Below are positions 63,801 through 64,000 of a DNA stretch of 64,000 bases, piece after piece. The position numbers and the translations under genes were made by a program. Each line of letters opens with the position of its first letter. Position 1 is the first letter of the stretch. The stretch comes from a bacterium (GTDB lineage: Bacteria; Zhuqueibacterota; Zhuqueibacteria; Residuimicrobiales; Krinioviventaceae). The stretch lies in the NCBI GenBank assembly GCA_963675755.2, contig CAXXMD010000003.1, positions 3,104,001 to 3,168,000 of the forward strand. The letters are read 5' to 3'. Below the pieces are notes generated by a model. That model searched no databases and was not told the origin of the DNA. It worked only from the letters and a program-made list of their open reading frames with translations.

Positions 63801-64000
63801 GTTTTTCTTACCTGTGAAGATGGCAGTAATTATTTGCTCCGTAACGATCTTGAATATGAAAACAATTACATTGATATTCTTTGCAAAGGCGCAGGTGGAG
63901 ATTACGGCGGTTTTGGGTCCCGTGTGTATGTATATAAGCCCGGCTATTTGGGTGACAATAACAATTTGATAGGATACCAGCAAAGCACAAGTTCATCCGC
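57879..64000 (+). CDS. Giant secreted multidomain CAZyme (3' end outside window): DUF5060, DUF4038-like GH, FN3, IPT with inserted SGNH, PKD, GH31, PKD, FG-GAP repeats, ASPIC/UnbV
   Basis: Hand translation from ATG 57879 (MKVYIYIFFMFISVTGLFA...); same frame at every segment checked; GFCDAQDG..FRVRF.P; LANE; GH31 IDSPW, DGWKTD, VGDQ, SDIGGF, RWAQFGAF; D.D.DGD.D repeats. Confidence 0.88.
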   Translation, partial: MKVYIYIFFMFISVTGLFARTVSLDSYNTSVSTFEILEFTLNITNPVTGNPFTEAHVSAEIQAPNKTFSINGFCDAQDGTIFRVRFTPMRTGNHSFTITFTDTAGTETFSGSFDASEGGNNGFIKVDSQNPTRFAFSNGGHPYIISKTAWLIAGIPKTNYQQFIDKMVPRGENCLRFGLEFDYSNDDPYVDVWPYEQPREAQNFTEFDIDYWRNLDELLTYAAERNIYAEPVLFTLMKFSDMADSDVMFYIDYLVARTASYPSIIMYQLANERISRYDFQTVMADRIHNNDPYGHLVSTSHGTTMDAAWPDAPWMDVAINHACYDDEQLSERYYAIANTISGYNMPGWCDETGREDRHGNDDGVHRRKQYWTWNMGGSYFNYHSWEGCEGIMDISYNGPGSQYLKYIRSFWTSTDFWKMRPNNNIIKNNPDVQYEWAVASDDEVVVYLVNEATGQSSSEGTIDIDLPAGHTYVADFYNPSNGEGFPQYRKSRLAGGTIVSIAYPSFTNDLVLHCFVSDDTQAPQQSSVSSSNVSQNQATISWSTNENSEARVEYGLTTNYGRKTYWDVELKTSHSFTLNNLMPGTEYHYRVMSMDMTGNSSVSSDYTFTTPGSSAQPAISSFSPTTGNMTTEVTIQGSHLMGSYANPMRLMLLGQSEVRGVTGSTDSSGYRNDLANLLFNKGIGFHFIGSQADGTAFDALHEGHDNDGVETLTQNVGGYISQWSPDYMLIYAGAQDLDNGQTPDAVIAELETLLDAIYASDSNIIMLLGNLLPHTDATNSDVQQLNGFIETLITAKKASNYRVFMADQYQAFTDNANWASELMHDKRHPNDTGYGVMALAWQSALQAAWTEFADIEISFAGTAVTEYSIQSEQKVLARVPNGASNGKISITTPYGSVESSDNFITSQVEGNFTANVTTGYAPLIVRFSNLTEGEMSSFEWNFGDGSKNSTEQNPGHVFTKAGTYTITLTVSDGIVQDTETKTGYIKVQERSNVPLTPKWVYEPWVWEDNINTQAGLEELVQGYLDRDIPVGAVNIDSPWETEFNTFQFNSESYPDAQGMIDGLHDKGIKVMAWITPLTNLHSKDDPNIGKASNYDYALENGYFINDGQTFEWWKGWGSFIDYTNPDALEWWHNQMDQVLDLGIDGWKTDAGNRVFPESTNGYNGRITQKEYSYLYYKDFYEYSLKSRGQHAIIFAKPYDENPADSTFVPKAYTPAAFVGDQTHFWGDSGLLNALNNVFETAKNGFVAIGSDIGGFMGEMNVTKSLLIRWAQFGAFCPIMENGGGGEHRPWMFDQETVDIYRYYAKLHSQLVPYLYSYGVLAHNGGKVIIRPMDGVWQYMLGRDLFVSTIFQDVTSREVTLPEGTRWVDYWNDDVTYDSGQTLSNYDCPIDQYPVFIRSGGIVPMYVKDDETGHGSSASAGKLTVLVYPDGTSSLTFYDENHTTEFECVESSDVVTVNVSSAADDYIFRIKYKTTPSIVTLNSSEMQAYAEFSQFEAAQTGWYYNEEKHYVWIKTGAKSGNFNMSIAPQTTAAFSADPLTGETPLDVQFTDESVHAVSWQWDFGDGSELSTDQNPVHTYTDPGSYDVTLTVTGASGSDSIEKLNLIQVGSSAHAFTDITSSAGVHVSSVSGSHGAGFADANKDGRYDIFVANSGEDYNYDFMYMNQGGATFQQSSSSRGVDDEGHTFKIVNADFDNDGDLDVFYANQPIGNNYVIGVNKLYQNDGNGYYTDISDDAGIPQEYSNSQAALAADFNGDGWLDLYVANWDAENAMYLNDGTGKMIRVHNGSDGDGSGIYKSVSVSAADVDNDNDVDLYVSRHEQPNWLFINNGSGYFSERAASAGVDMNARSKGVSFADVDNDGDMDLFLAKYSLSSGGLPQVGIFFNRGNGTFHDRSSDYNIQSSLYSILLMDADNDADVDMLVVRNNQKEDNAVPQMYLNDGSGQFTYQLFPGLEVPAKDAQSAAYADIDNDGDVDVFLTCEDGSNYLLRNDLEYENNYIDILCKGAGGDYGGFGSRVYVYKPGYLGDNNNLIGYQQSTSSS

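Noticed and set aside
58045-63996. Short ORFs listed in this region, and other short antisense or overlapping ORFs across the window
   Set aside because: They are shadow frames of longer, motif-supported genes.

Overview
A 64-kb, AT-rich bacterial chromosomal segment. Five secreted proteins with a YPNPFN-type (T9SS/FlgD-like) C-terminal sorting domain, a TonB-dependent receptor, many CAZymes and a chemoreceptor suggest an FCB-group organism such as KSB1 or Calditrichota (inference). I found no rRNA, tRNA, CRISPR array, integrase or transposase. Most genes encode transporters, redox enzymes, regulators and carbohydrate-active enzymes. Highlights: (1) a three-gene AT-rich cluster encoding a secreted 10-Cys peptide, a membrane-anchored CxxC thioredoxin and a CxxC protein with an FMN-attachment motif, a candidate dedicated disulfide-peptide folding system; (2) two separate secreted-protein genes, each bracketed by a direct duplication of a terminator region (52 bp near-identical; about 90 bp diverged); (3) an ABC-ATPase + DUF4276 (TOPRIM-like) pair resembling PARIS-type defence; (4) a >2,000-aa multi-catalytic CAZyme missing from the ORF track, with an SGNH domain inserted inside an IPT/TIG domain; (5) a GH63-like protein lacking its catalytic acid; (6) an MCP whose C-terminal tether motif survives only as an out-of-frame relic. 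All family calls come from reading motifs by eye; no searches were run.
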